NCBI RefSeq assembly: GCF_902652985.1
Contig: NC_047016.1
Coordinates: forward strand, 52,142,001 to 52,206,000
DNA from: Pecten maximus
Taxonomy: Eukaryota
Direction of reading: 5' to 3'
DNA: 64,000 bases
Shown here: positions 37,885-51,810 of the stretch, in pieces
Layout of the letters: every line of letters starts with the position of its first letter
Position numbering within the stretch: the stretch's first letter is position 1
Notes under the pieces: model-generated
Seen by the model: the letters and a program-made list of their open reading frames with translations, nothing else
Databases searched by the model: none
What the model was told of the DNA's origin: nothing
Made by a program: the position numbers and the translations under genes

Positions 37885-39793
37885 ATGCAGGGCGTTTTAG
37901 TTGTCGCTCTCTGTCTTATTGCACAGGTGATGTATATGTTTATTAATGAACAATCACATTGATAATACTTTAAACTCTAACTTACATTTTAAATATTTTA
38001 TATAAATAAACTTGAAATTGAAAAGACAACAGATTGATTATGAAATAAAGGTGGTGGGACTTTACTGGAGTACAGTTAATCAATTATCTGCTCAGCCAGC
38101 TGATATTCCACTTTACATATACTTTTGTCTCTCTTCACATTAAAATATGATGTTTAATGATATTAAATGCATTTTTACAGATATACGCCGAAACAACCAC
38201 CCACAAGCCTCACCACAATCATCAACACGAGGCTAATGAATTAGACCCTGCCCTCTTCTACTACGATGGCGCAACCGTAGGTGATCGATATCAAACGCCA
38301 TATTTTATATTAAAACATAAGTTTCTCAGACTAATTAGATCGTAAAACAATATAAAATGTTAAAATGGTTTGACTTCCAAATCATCAGAATGTTCTCTTT
38401 TTATTTCGTGAATAAAAAAGTTGTCTGATCACAAATAAATAAAGAACAAACGATAAAATTCATTTGCGGGAGATCTTGGTATATCAAAAAAATACTGATT
38501 TGATGTCTTTAATGGTGTAGGTAGATAAATCAAATATGAATTTTGGTTATATGATAAATATATCGATTTTACTGTATGGAATCTACCACTCTAAATTTAA
38601 CATTTACATAAGTGTGTTTTGTCAGATGCGTATGTTCCTATGCATTCTACTTTACTCGAAAAACAGTTCAAAGACGTAAAGTTCAGACAAATAGGATGAA
38701 TAGAACAGTTTTAAAATTGACGGCACTGCTTGGAGTAAACAAACATCAGTATTAACGTCAAGCGAACGAGTTAAGAATAGACAGGTTACGTGATACATTG
38801 CTATCACAAGATAAGAAAAGTCACGATGTGATACGAATGTGAGGAATGCGTTCACATAGACTGTCTAGAACAATGACCGATTATTATGACTGGGAGAAAT
38901 GGCGTTTTTAACACTAAAATAGTAAAGCTTGCAATAAACTAAAAATGCATTCAAACTGATGAGGCTAAGATAAATGTTCTAGGCGGGAATTTCGGAAACG
39001 TAACAGAGTAGCTGGTGATGCAATGAAACTGACAGTTTAGTAGTTTAATGGCACGAGATGACAATGAATAATAGTATAGATACAAAGTTTAGATAATATG
39101 ATTTATAAAACTAGACAATGGATATAGTTCATAGGGATCTCTTGTGGCTAGGAATTACGAAATAGAGATACAAAACAAGAAAAAAAATACAGATATAAAG
39201 TTTTAATAAGAGAATATAATAAATGTAAGCAATACTTCTTACAACCAAAACAATAATTATCATTCATTTAATTAATGTAATTGTTTTTATTCTTCTGAAT
39301 TGATCACATTACAGTGTACAGTATATTTATTTACTGGCAACACACGTATTGTAGTGGTATTCTATTTTAGCGGTTTTGCAGTGCGGTATATAATGACTGC
39401 ATCAATACCAGTTTCTGTATTTAGGTTCCTATGGTAAACACTGTGAATGCGACAATTCATAACTGAACTCTTTGCTATTTTAATGTAGTTGTGCTCTAAA
39501 TTTCGAGTCCTCAAAAATAAGAAAATTTGCAGACTTAGATATATTACACCAGAATTGTTTAAATGCATATTGATAGAATACATATAATTATGCATGTATG
39601 TTTAATTTTCTTACAGCACCGCCTGGTGATGAAGCTGGGTAACAACTGTTACATAGAAAGGATTACGTCACATCATGGCGTAGATGTTCACACTGAGGAC
39701 GGCCTCCGAACTGCCGAGGTAACAAATAAATATAGCATCTTACATGTGGGATATATCAAATAGTAGGGTAGATATGATGTATGTGTGTAACAT

Positions 39794-39824
<31 letters not shown>

Positions 39825-40311
39825 GGGGGGGACATATATAAGAAAGTAAAGACGTTAGGTATGGAAATGCACTCTCTGCTCTTTTTAGGTACACATATTA
39901 GGCTAGGTTTTAATTACCTCAATACATTTTGCTAATAATACTGATGACATTACAGCATATGAAAATGAAAATCATGCCATTCCAATCACATATATGTTTT
40001 TTTTCGCAGCAATACGTTTTATTCTACTATACTACATTTATATTGTAATATGATATTTCAGAACCAAATTTAATAACACTCTATCGAGGTGTTGATTGTT
40101 TAAAACAGACAGAACTCAATAAACGGTTTGTTATTTTTTTCAGACAAAACTGATGTTGTTGGTCTCCAAAGGAACAAAGACGCCCATGTCTCATGATCAG
40201 GTGAACACGTTAAGTCAACATGTAGAGCACATGTGCTCAGGCGCGTCTGTCTACACTGTATCTGCTACTCATCACCATCATCATACAACAACAATGGGTC
40301 CTCAAATTTAA
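37885..40311 (+). CDS. Secreted His-rich BRICHOS-like protein C, 135 aa (exons 37885-37926, 38181-38276, 39617-39718, 40144-40311)
   Basis: MQGVLVVALCLIAQ/IYAETTTHKPHHNHQHEANELDPALFYYDGAT/HRLVMKLGNNCYIERITSHHGVDVHTEDGLRTAE/TKLMLLVSKGTKTPMSHDQVNTLSQHVEHMCSGASVYTVSATHHHHHTTTMGPQI*. TATA-like at ~37802. AATAAA at ~40332. Confidence 0.88.
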
Positions 40312-42169
40312 TATGTTAATGATGAAGTAAAAATAAATTTAATGGTTGGATTTGCAGTCAATATTCATTTATTTATTTAGTTAATGGTATTATTTCTCTC
40401 GCCAGATACGAGAGTTCATTCAAAGGGGAATTACTCTAACAAGAAGGTTACAACCCCCATTGAGTCATGCGACTGTCAAAATTAAAGCTGTATATCATCT
40501 GAAACACTGGGACGTTGCTCAACAAAATTAACGAAAACATATAGTAAAAAATTAAATACACCATAGAAAGTAAAACTTAAAATGCATTATTTTGTGTTAT
40601 TGCTAATAAAACTGAAATTATAAAGTGATTTTCACATACCTTGAATGCTACTCCTCACAATCTTGTTTCTTATAAAGAAAATGGAAAACCTGAGAAAGAT
40701 GGCCTAATACACATCACGATTGCGTTTAAACTCGTTATCGACATTTCTAAGTGAGTAGAACGCACGCAATACACATTTCAAAGAGTACCCATGGTGAAAT
40801 ATAGGTAATCAGTTTTTAAATGAAAAAATAAATTCACTTTTAGGAAAACAATCAGTTTCGTGTTCTTCTATCTGTAATAGGAAAATGGAAGCTACATTGT
40901 ATATTATGTACATTTGGTACATTATGGAAAATTGTATAATGTTATTTGCCCGAAATTTTTCTATCCGAGTCCTTTCTTAAATATTCAAGCTCGATCTATT
41001 TCATGTATCACGCTAATAGAGATTGCAATATTTATTTGCACGTTTTCAGGAAAAAGGTATCATTTTCTGTAATTATATATATAGTATCGGCAAATATAAC
41101 GACGACCTATAAAGGAAAAGAAGTGCTAAGGATATCGTGTTCATTTCATAAAAGTCATTAGAAAAATATAACCTGTTTGTGATGAAGGTAACAACCCATA
41201 TATACCCATACATATATTACAATATCGGACATTTCTGAGCGAATGCGGGTTTCGCGACCCTATCAAAATCGCAAAAAATAAATATATAGATAAGTATCAT
41301 ACTGTCAGTGTTGGTTGCCTGTATGAGTTACTTCCCTTTTGCTTGAATGTTCGAAATTCTTAAATAACTATGTATAATATAACATACGATTAACTATTGT
41401 GCAACTTTTGTATTTTACTACTGAAATAATGAATTGTGAAATGACGTAATTGTCCCCTTCCTATATCCCAGGGTAATTACCAACACTACTCTGTTTAGAC
41501 GTTTACAACCCTGGGATGTCCTTGGGCACGATAGTAAACACTGGTCTAAGAGTAGTTCAAGAACACGTTCTGTGTCAATATCGCTCAAACGACCGAGAAC
41601 AATAAGGCGGAGTTCAACATATAGGTCCTGTTCATTTATGCTGACAAACCAGTCAGTCTGTCTTTCAAATATAATATTTCAGGTATAGATCATGGCGGAC
41701 CTGTCGATGAGTTTTACCTCCCTGGACGTAACTGGAGGGAAATATAGTCATTGATCTAATTTTTTTAATTTTTTTTTTGGTAAAAAGACTTTCGTCAACC
41801 ATTTTAGCTTTCCTAGTATATAAGGGAACAACTGATTAAATACAATAAGATATATTATGCTAATGTCGATTTTAGAAGATTGTGAAGACATTAGCTTAAT
41901 ACATTAGCGAGTATACAAGTAATGCGTCGTTAAAGATAGACATGAAGAGTGTCTGTGACAACCATACGGGGTATGCTACAGAGGAACAGGTCTTTTTTAT
42001 TGATAATCTCTCGGGTTACTCACTCTCGACAATTGGGTTAAGATATGTTCCTCATCAATCGTGTCAGTTTCCATTTGAAAAAAAAAAATTCTGTCACCTG
42101 CATGTAGACCTTAGAAACACAAGTGACGAAGGAAAGCGTTCTTTTCTAGTTTATAATATTTACATTCGT

Positions 42170-42410
42170 AAGGTTTGATTTATTTTTATTTAACGTCCTA
42201 TTAACATCCAGGGTCATTTAAGGACGTGCCTGGTTTCGGAGGTAGAGGAAAGCGGAGTGCCCGGAGAAAAAAACACCGTCCTACGGTTTAAGATACCTGG
42301 TGTTGATAATTAGGTGGTGATGACTCGTACCCATAATCGCCTAGCTAGCCAGAGACATTTTATACAGTTCTGCAGCTCCAATGACATAGTTACTCCAGCT
42401 GCCGTGGCCA
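42170..42410 (-). mobile_element. SINE copy (same family as 3640-3745)
   Basis: TTTAACGTCCTATTAACA.CCAGGGTCATTTAAGGACGTGCC...GAGGAAAGC.GGAGT.CCCGGAGAAAAA..CACC is the reverse complement of the 3640-3745 fragment. Confidence 0.6.
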
Positions 42411-42956
42411 TATAGTGACAAATCGTCTCTTAGATGATATGGAAATGAATGCTAAGACATGAACTAGTTGTTAGTATGTACCGTTTGAATAAATTTGATC
42501 ATCTTTATGTGTTAAAGCTGCCTCACTACTTGCTTGGTGATTTTAAACCCACCATACTGTAATGGATTCCTGTTGGTTATACCTATTAATTGTCTATATT
42601 CTGTGTAGATAAAATTCTACAGAATGACAAATATGAATGTATTGTATTAATAATTTCTTGTTTTAAATCTGTATCAAATGATAATGATAATCTTATCATC
42701 AAACTTTTTATGAAACAAACCTTTAATTTTTGCTTTCATATTGTTTGAATAGGTCAATTATATATTCCTTGTAAATTCCTGTGAATAACCTAAATCTACC
42801 TAACAAATATGCAACTGGTATGACAAATTAAGTGCAATCCACTAAAGTTTTCCGTGACATGGAACAATGTGTATGTGACTTTAAGATATGCTGCTGGAAT
42901 GGTCGTCCACCCGCTTTCAATCTTCCTCCAAAAATATAAGTAGACACTTGCCATAC

Positions 42957-45590
42957 TACGGAAGCCGAATAGGACCAATATAAAGAAATAACTTAGTTGG
43001 TATCATTAAAAAATAAATAAAAAATCTCGTATATACGAGTTTCTTTCTCGTATATACGAGATTATTTCTCGTAATAACGAGATTAATTCTCGTATATACG
43101 AGTTTATTTCTCGTATATACGAGTTTCTTTCTCGTATATACGAGATTATTTCTCGTAATAACGAGATTAATTCTCGTATATACGAGTTTCTTTCTCGTAT
43201 ATACGAGTTTATTTCTCGTATATACGAGTTTATTTCTCGTATATACGAGTTTATTTCTCGTAATAACGAGATTATTTCTCGTATATACGAGTTTCTTTTC
43301 GTATATACGAGATTATTTCTCGTAATAACGAGATTATTTCTCGTATATACGAGTTTTTCTCGTACATACGGGATCCTTTCTGGTTTGAACTATCTAACTT
43401 GCGAGTTCTTTTTTCTCGTTATCGCGATATGGAAATTCGGTTATCACCAAATTTACATAAATTAAGTCACATTACAACTTAACTTATATAATGAAAACGA
43501 TATCATGATATAGAAGCTTCATTTCAGTCGCTAGTGTGATATATAAAAGTTGCGAAGACAACTTTTAAGTAGGTTGTTCGTCATAATAAGCTAGTGTACC
43601 CGGAACGATTTACTATATTTAGCTTATAATTTAGGATGAAACTAAAAATGCTGAAAGTGCGACTTTTATGACGACTTTAGTTTTAGAGTTATCGCGATTT
43701 TTCTCGAAAACACATCTGAAGCCCAAAGTCGTTGACCTCGTTTCGGTAACCCATGACCTGTGACGTCACAGGTTTAAAGGAATCAGAGCCGCCAGAAAGA
43801 AAATATACAGAATCAAACGTGAACACGTGCCTGCAATTTATACAAATTAGACCAAAGTGCTGGATAAACGTTTTGAGTAATATTTGTGAATAAGTTAATA
43901 ACAAGTGCTACCGAAACCAGGGACACACTTTTCTTTTAAAACTGGCAGTATACAACATGTAACATCTTACTTATTTTCTATTATAACGGACAAATATGAC
44001 GAGTATCATCTTATAACGGGTCGTATATAGCATGTATAACGTTAGAATAATGTTCTATTATAACGGGCAGTTACAACATATGTAACGACTTACATTATGT
44101 ACATTAATATTATATCCTTTATTATGAGGTTTGTTGCACACAAATATTTATTTCGCTTATAATACTTCTAGTAATAGAAGTTTAAAATGCAATTCATACA
44201 TGATGTGAAATAAATGCCGAAAAATTTGAATTCTTACTAGCCAAAACAGCAATGGATACGTTGGAAATCCACTTGAAGAATTGTCTAAAATTGATCTGTA
44301 TCTATAGAAGAACGTTGCAGGTTCCAACACTGGTTTTCATACGGGAGAGATTAAATATACTGTAGATCACACTATGAATCTATAGAATACATTACTTTTT
44401 TTACTTTTTGAAAGTAGTGTCCTTCATGCGCGGGTTTTTGTATAGAATACAATGCATAACTTTACTGTACGTGTGTATCGTCAAAGTATCCAGAACTGTT
44501 GTATTCTTGGTATGTTTATTTGAATATTAATTTGCGAATAAAATGACATAATTTTTTTTACAAAAAAAACTAATGTTGATGCGGTGTTCCTTTTTATAGT
44601 TAAGAGTAAGGAATGGTAAATACATTTATAGTTTGTGTATTGGTGATTGACTGATTATTGGATCGTGTATAACATCCATCCGTAGGCCTACATCAAGCGG
44701 TCTTTTTCAGAGTCCATTTCGCTAAAATTTAATTTTTTTAAAAGCTTAAACTTATATTGTTGGATTCCGACTTCTTGTCGACAATATTCGCCAAAGTCAT
44801 CAACCTCAAATCTCATTTCCAGATCGTAAAAAACGATGTCAAAAACGAGATACATTTAACGCGTTAGCATTTAATGTGTTAAACACATTTAATGCAGTAA
44901 ATCTTAACACGATGTTTTCTTGGAATTTTAACGCGTTTAATTTCGTAGCTTTTGTTTTATCGCGTTAAAATGACTAACATAACAGAAACAATCGAATACC
45001 TTGTTTCATATATCTACTAAGTATTTAAAGGACTCGTTAAATCTTAAATGTTATGTTTAACACGTTAAATGGTACTCGTTTTTGACATGAACGGTCTTCA
45101 GACATGTCTGTGTTGCTACTGGTTACACTGTCGAAGACAGCGTCACTAGATGTATTTAATAAATATCAGACTTAAAACGTGTAGCTACATAATGTTAGTA
45201 CCTTGTAACAACTGCCATTCCGTAGAGTTCTGGTTTCATGATGGAGCACACTGTTACATGTAATACGATCAATAAACTCGTATATACGAGAAATAATCTC
45301 GTTATTACGAGAAATAATCTCGTTATTACGAGAAAGAAACTCGTATATACGAGAAATAATCTCGTTATTACGAGAAAGAAACTCGTATATACGAGAAATA
45401 AACTCGTATATACGAGAAAGAAACTCGTATATACGAGAAAGAAACTCGTATATACGAGAAATAATCTCGTATATACGAGAAATAAACTCGTATATACGAG
45501 AAAGAAACTCGTATATACGAGATTTTTTATTTATTTTTTAATGATACCAACTAAGTTTATTTTTTTCATTGGTCCTATACGGCTTCCGTA
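42957..45590. mobile_element. Non-autonomous IS3EU-like foldback DNA transposon (2634 bp)
   Basis: Termini TACGGAAGCCG.ATAGGACCAAT / ATTGGTCCTAT.CGGCTTCCGTA. 6-bp TSD CCATAC (42951-42956, 45591-45596). Mirror arrays of 21-bp TTTCTCGTATATACGAG units at 43025-43370 and 45273-45522. No convincing ORF inside. Confidence 0.88.
44836..45088. repeat. Nested ~250-bp inverted-repeat (MITE-like) element inside the foldback element
   Basis: ATGTCAAAAACGAGATACATTTAACGCGTTA versus the reverse complement of TAACACGTTAAATGGTACTCGTTTTTGACAT. Confidence 0.65.
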
Positions 45591-48500
45591 CCATACACAT
45601 TTGGGCAAAACATACCAGTGCTACATCAAAATAACCTCACACGAATGACCTTGAATTAGTATAAAAGTCACAGTGATCAATTATCTTTTAAACTTGAGTA
45701 ATCTTCTGAAAGTTCCAGTTTTCGAAGACCAATTTTCAAGGTCGACATGGGTCGAATGTTTAAAAATTACCCTGAAAATCTGAATTTCTAGTAGACCCAA
45801 TGGATCATACGAATACAAAAGTCAAGAATCTTATCACTTTCAGAAGATCCTGATATATTATACCAGTATATTTCAAAAACCAGTATCCTATAAAAAGTCC
45901 TCGAATATATAGCCCCAACTTATTTCCAAGGTCAATAGTGTCAATTAGAGTAAGGACGTTGAGAAAATTCTCAAGTCTTATAAGAACAAGCTTAATTTGC
46001 CATTAGATACATATTAAAGCTTACTCTAAAAGTCCTTCATACAAATGATGTTTGGCATATTTTCAAGGTCACAAGGGTCAAATACAGTAAAACTTGGAAT
46101 CTCCTTATCTTAACTAAGGTAGCATCAAATTCACATTATATTGACAATAAATGGACAAAGAAATGCAAGATTTAAGGTGTTCCGTCATTGACAATTAAAC
46201 ACAGCCAGGGGTACCCTGTTCACACTTTTATATACCTGCCTTTGACAGGTCGTATATTACTATCACAGGTCTGTATCCAACTGTCCATCAAAATTTGCTT
46301 GTCAGTAAAATCATAGCTTTGCCGTCGATAGCTTCAATGTAGGGAGGTACGTGGTCATTGACTTCTTGTTTATATCACAATAGCTCACATAGTCAGACAG
46401 GTGACCTCTGTATATGTTTGCGCATCAAATCGATGAAAAGAACCCCATTCCTCTAGATAGGTGATGAATGTATAAACAGACAACGCTATCAACATATTTA
46501 AATAGATGGGAAATGTACCTGTATGGAGAGGGGCGGCCCAGTTTAATTATTCGGCTGTAAATATGATATCTTATGTGTAAACAACTAGAAATAGAAAAAA
46601 AATGTACCCAGTACGGTGAGTGACCAAAATTACCAAAAGCTGAAACATGATAAATACAACAGTTTCACTATGTTGAATAATATCAGTTACTTTTTTTATA
46701 GAACGTACCAATCTACGCTAAATTTCTTACATACATTGCATATTAACAAATAAAAGGTAAACATGGCATTGTAATAAGATTACTTCAACACATGAAATAC
46801 TTGTATTAATCATGCGTTATGCTTATATCCGCATTGGCTCTTCATTTCGTAAAAAAGTCGATCATTAATATCCGTCATTCCACTTAAGTACAAGTGTTTC
46901 ACGAGTTTGGGTGTTGAAATATATAGTGAGCTGACAATGGTGGTAAATCTATTGAGATCTAATAATCCTAAAGCCCACACGACTTAGAGTGTCTTTATCA
47001 ATGATGAAAGTGATATATTAAGTATTTTCATTTGTGGCTGTATTGATCGTCCTATAACGCTATTCCGTTAAGTCTCCTCGTAGAAGCTGGTGGCTTCCTC
47101 GCTGAATATCAAGTAGGCTACCCGACCCTTTTAGGCCAATTAGAATAAAGTGTCTTTCAGAGGGACATTATGACGGCCATGCAGACTGTTATGTTCCTCG
47201 GACACGCACGCCACCTTGAGTAGGATTTTAACCGTACTCCTCGGATCTTTACCGGAGGTTGTATTAGTCCAATACGCTTCCGAGTGAGCTGTCGTAGCCT
47301 TCACCATAGAAGTACAGAAACACAAATTGATATTAAAAATCATTATAATACACTTTCACAAAGACAGCAAAGCTACTTGAGAAATCGGATTGAAAATCAT
47401 GCAGACAAAAAACAAAAACAAAACAAAAAACAGAAAAAACAAACGAAACCCCCCCCCCCCCCCCCCCCCCCAAAAAAAAATAAAACCTCCAAAAAGCACT
47501 ATATAATAATACATCGTGTTTATATGGCATAATGGTATACACCGACATGTTTAGTTTGACATGCTATGGGTTTAAACAGGATTGAAAATCATGCAAAGAC
47601 AAAAAAAATGGGGGAAAAAAAAACGAAAAGAAAACAACAAAAACAAAAATACAACACTATATAATACATCGTGTTTATATGACAAACTGGTATACACCAA
47701 CATGTCTAGTTAGACAGGAAAAGTTTCTCATTACAATACAAACAATAGGACCCAGTTGATGACCCTTTGTACACAAGTTTCTATATTACAAACGACTATT
47801 GAAGACAATAGTAATTTGACAAAGCACGGAACACATTCTTTATTTAGATTAAGTGATACATATAATTCAATAGCATCAATGAGTAACATACTGTCATAGA
47901 CTAATGTCGCTATGACTTGTTGTTGATCACAGCTCATCTCGATTTACCCTCAATGATGACCGAATATTTCGGAAGGCAGATCGTAAGTATCCTCTGCGTC
48001 ATTAACAACACCCGCTATGTATACCAAGGATAGGTTTGGTACAGCCTCATAATGATACCAAGGGAAAGGGATAAAGAAAAACCACAACAGCTGATCAAAC
48101 TTTAATGAACTGTCACAGTTAAAGACGTGGAGAAGTGTGATGGAACTGATAGAAGGAATTAATAAACTAAAGTTTGTTATGCAGGTGTTCAAAGCTGTTA
48201 TTGGTAGGATGACCTTGGGATGACAATTTGTCTATATCAAACTGGGAAAACAAGACAAATATCCTGCGATTTGTACAGAAGAATTAGAAAATTATAACTA
48301 TGTAGAATGTTCACTGTGACTGTTCTTCAAATCACTCTGATATACATTCAAATTCAATATCGGAGAAAAAGGCTTTATTATATATAGTAGCGAACGTACA
48401 AAAAATGATAGACTGTCCTAGTTAACAAACTATTGCCCCTATCAAGTTTGGTATGTGAATGACACTTAAATATTTCTCAATACCCTGACATAAGGGCGGA

Positions 48501-48804
48501 AGAGCCGAAAGCAAAAGTACTGTTAAATGTATTACTCATTTGTGCGTATAGTGCACACGCTACAACTTTTATTGATGATATGAAATTAATACCACACGCT
48601 TGCTTATATTTCCAAATTTGTTCATTTGTTCAACAAGATATTGCGTAATATTAAACACTGCTAATATATACCGTATTTGCCTTATAAGGAATTTAGATAA
48701 GACAGTTACTTCGTCCTTCCTGGACTCGTCCTGGAACGTCAGAAAGGTGGGCCTAAACTAAATGTTATACATTTGTAATATAAATACGATAAGTAGATCA
48801 TGTA

Positions 48805-48950
48805 AAGGGGTTAGCAAAGTGGTGACACACTTATCTTACAAATAGGCGGTCGGGGCTTGATTTCCCAATCGGACTTGAGACAATATGGGGTCACCTGCTT
48901 AACCACATGGGGTTTTTTTTTCCCCGGGGAACCACGATTTCTTCTCATAG
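48805..48950 (+). mobile_element. Degenerate tRNA-derived SINE
   Basis: A-box-like TAGCAAAGTGG, degenerate B-box, and a V-like GGGTTTT..CCCGGG.ACC.CG.TTTC.TC segment. Confidence 0.4.
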
Positions 48951-51289
48951 TAAAATGTTTTAACTTGTTTCGCAATTGTTATCAAAAATAAATAAATTAG
49001 ACAAAGAATGTTTGGAGTGAAGGTGTTACTTTTCAGATAAAAATGTACATAATTGGGAATATATATTCTTATTTAATGTTACATGTTTGTCTGGACGCTA
49101 TATTATTTAGATATATGTTGTCCTACATAAAATTAGATCTGATCGGATTCATGGAAAATGTTTGAAATGGAAACGGTAATAAAAAATCACATTGTAATTG
49201 TGTTGATTGGAAGTGCTGAGCGGTTAGCAATAATAAATCTAAAAGGCAAAAGGGTGTTTATCGTTGAAAGTGTCGGCGTGTTTGATCCAGATAAATAGGA
49301 CTTATAGTCATTTCCGTGTTCACTACAGTAAATGTGTCTGTATGACTATGTGTAATGAATAGATATATTTTTTAAAAAGTTTTCTCCGCTCCGTATATCG
49401 TCAGTATATAGTCCAGATTGAAAGCAGGTCTGTGTGGTTTGTGTTGACTATGTCTGGGTCGTGTACGCTTAATATTTTATGTTTGTTTTGTTATGAAGTG
49501 TTTGACTAGTTCTTAGCGGTAAAACACAAGAGATTAAGATAAAAGCAAAACGGCACAGAGGGTATGAAACAAAAAAATAAGTATGAGGTAATGGAGGTTT
49601 TCCACCGAGAGGAATCATAATAGAAATTATTTGAAGGAACCCGATATTTACTTTTCAAATCATCTCAACGGAAAGTGCATGTATTTGGTGTATTGTGTTG
49701 TGGTGTGAAAGGCGGTTTTTGTTTATTTGAGCTTAAATTACCAAACGACATACAAAAAAGATATGCAAATCCTAGTGTTAATATACTGTTGCCAAATGCA
49801 TCATACATACCGAACAAAAGGAATACTACGCATGCTCTATATCTGTTATGTTCAATATTATTGTTGACGTGGTAACTTAAGTATATATAGAGCTATTCAT
49901 ATATTATTTCGCAATAAAATATACGGAGTCATAAATAAGAACGCTTTCTTAGGTGATTATGACTGTAGAATTATCAAGGACACTATTCAGTGTGATCATT
50001 CCCTATACAAAGTTAAGATAATATTTTCGAAATCAAATATTTGAACAAATCTTATTCATCCCGATACAGGTCCCAAGTACATGTTGCCTTGCCGTTGATC
50101 GGTACGATGTTAAGATATATTTAAAGTTATTTGCTCATTAAAGTAATAACAAATATCGGGAAAGATATAATTCTACAAACGATTTCATAATAAGCGTATT
50201 TTGTAATTATTCGTATGTTCCTTAAATGCGACACCAGTGTAACGGACCCACGAATAATTTGCTTCCTACGTCATTTGATCTCTTTAAACAATAAACACAC
50301 AGACACAATTTCTGTCCACCAAAACAATAAGCAATTACTTCGTCTAAACTCTTTTTGATTAATTTTGTTGACATAACATTACATAAGCGGTTTCATGTAT
50401 ATATATAAATGTACATACACATCTATCAGCCATATTGAATTAGGTGTACAGAAATGTAAAGCTGTAAAATGTTTAAAATTTACAGGGAGCTTGTGAGTAT
50501 TGAAGCCCCCATGACAATGTTTAACACTTTAGATCAATGATATTTGTCTCCCATTAAACTCCGGAGGTTATTCACTCCTACAGACGGGCTGTAATCATTC
50601 CGGTTAATAACCCTATGACCTCCCGTCTGACACTTCTCTTTGTAACACATAACAGATCAGAAAATCACGTTTTAAGTAGTACCTAGTGGTTTATGTAGGA
50701 AGAAGCTGTTCAAACAGTGAAAACATTTTCGATGAATGGTCGCATTAGTATTTCTCAACAGAGGTTTATGTTAGGTACGGGTACCAACGGTTATACATTT
50801 TAAACAATATGATATACAAAATGTATTTATTGCCGTTTGACGTCTTACTAGCATTAGGCCGTGTTTCGGCTGTATATCCTTATATGTCCCCAATATGGCT
50901 ATGTAGGTCTTCTTTCTTCATAAAGACGTCATATTTATGGCAATTAAATGGGATTATCTTTTTTTTACATTAAAATTGTATCAGATCAACAAAATAAGAG
51001 AACAGAAAAATCAAAGGGAAAAAAAGAAAAGAAAAAAAAGACAGTTCAGCCGTGCACAAAACACCATAGCATACAATGTTATATGAGGCAAAATAATCCA
51101 ACATATCGTGACACAAAACTGCTCAATACAATACCTGTATTATAACTGTATTATAATATATCGCTCTATGATACTGCTCAATATAACATTTCATATCGTA
51201 ATATAACACTTCACAAAACAACACAAGATATAGTTATATAAGCTGCTCATTATAACACGTCACATTGTAATATAACATTTAACAATATA

Positions 51290-51810
51290 ACACATAAATA
51301 TTGAACAAAATAACACATCGTTAGATAATATTGAACAAAATAACATATCGTTATATAATGTTGAACAAAATAACATATCGTTATATAATATTGAACACAA
51401 TAACATATCGTTATATAATATTGAACAAAATAACATATCGTTATATAATATTGAACAAAATAATACATCGTTATATAATATTGAACAAAATAATACATCG
51501 TTATATAATATTGAACAAAATAACATATCGTTATATAATATTGAACAAAATAACATATCGTTATATAATATTGAACACAATAACATATCGTTATATAATA
51601 TTGAACAAAATAATACATCGTTATATAATATTGAACACAATAACATATCGTTATATAATATTGAACAAAATAACATATCGTTATATAATATTGAACACAA
51701 TAACATATCGTTATATAATATTGAACAAAATAATACATCGTTATATAATATTGAACACAATAACATATCGTTATGTAATATTGAACAAAATAACATATCG
51801 TTATGTAACA
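51290..51810. repeat. 30-bp minisatellite (TTGAACAAAATAACATATCGTTATATAATA), ~17 copies
   Basis: Directly visible. Source of the 10-aa periodic ORFs. Confidence 0.97.

Noticed and set aside
45238-45648. 136-aa (LVYTRNK)n ORF
   Set aside because: Translation of the 21-bp subterminal repeats of the foldback element.
47385-47720. ~190-bp duplication with poly-C and a Lys/Pro-rich ORF
   Set aside because: Low-complexity local duplication with no coding or splice support.
40312-51000. Search for a fourth BRICHOS-like paralog or another host gene
   Set aside because: I found no FYYD/CYIE/MC.G-type exons or other convincing coding exons by eye. Small exons could still be missed.
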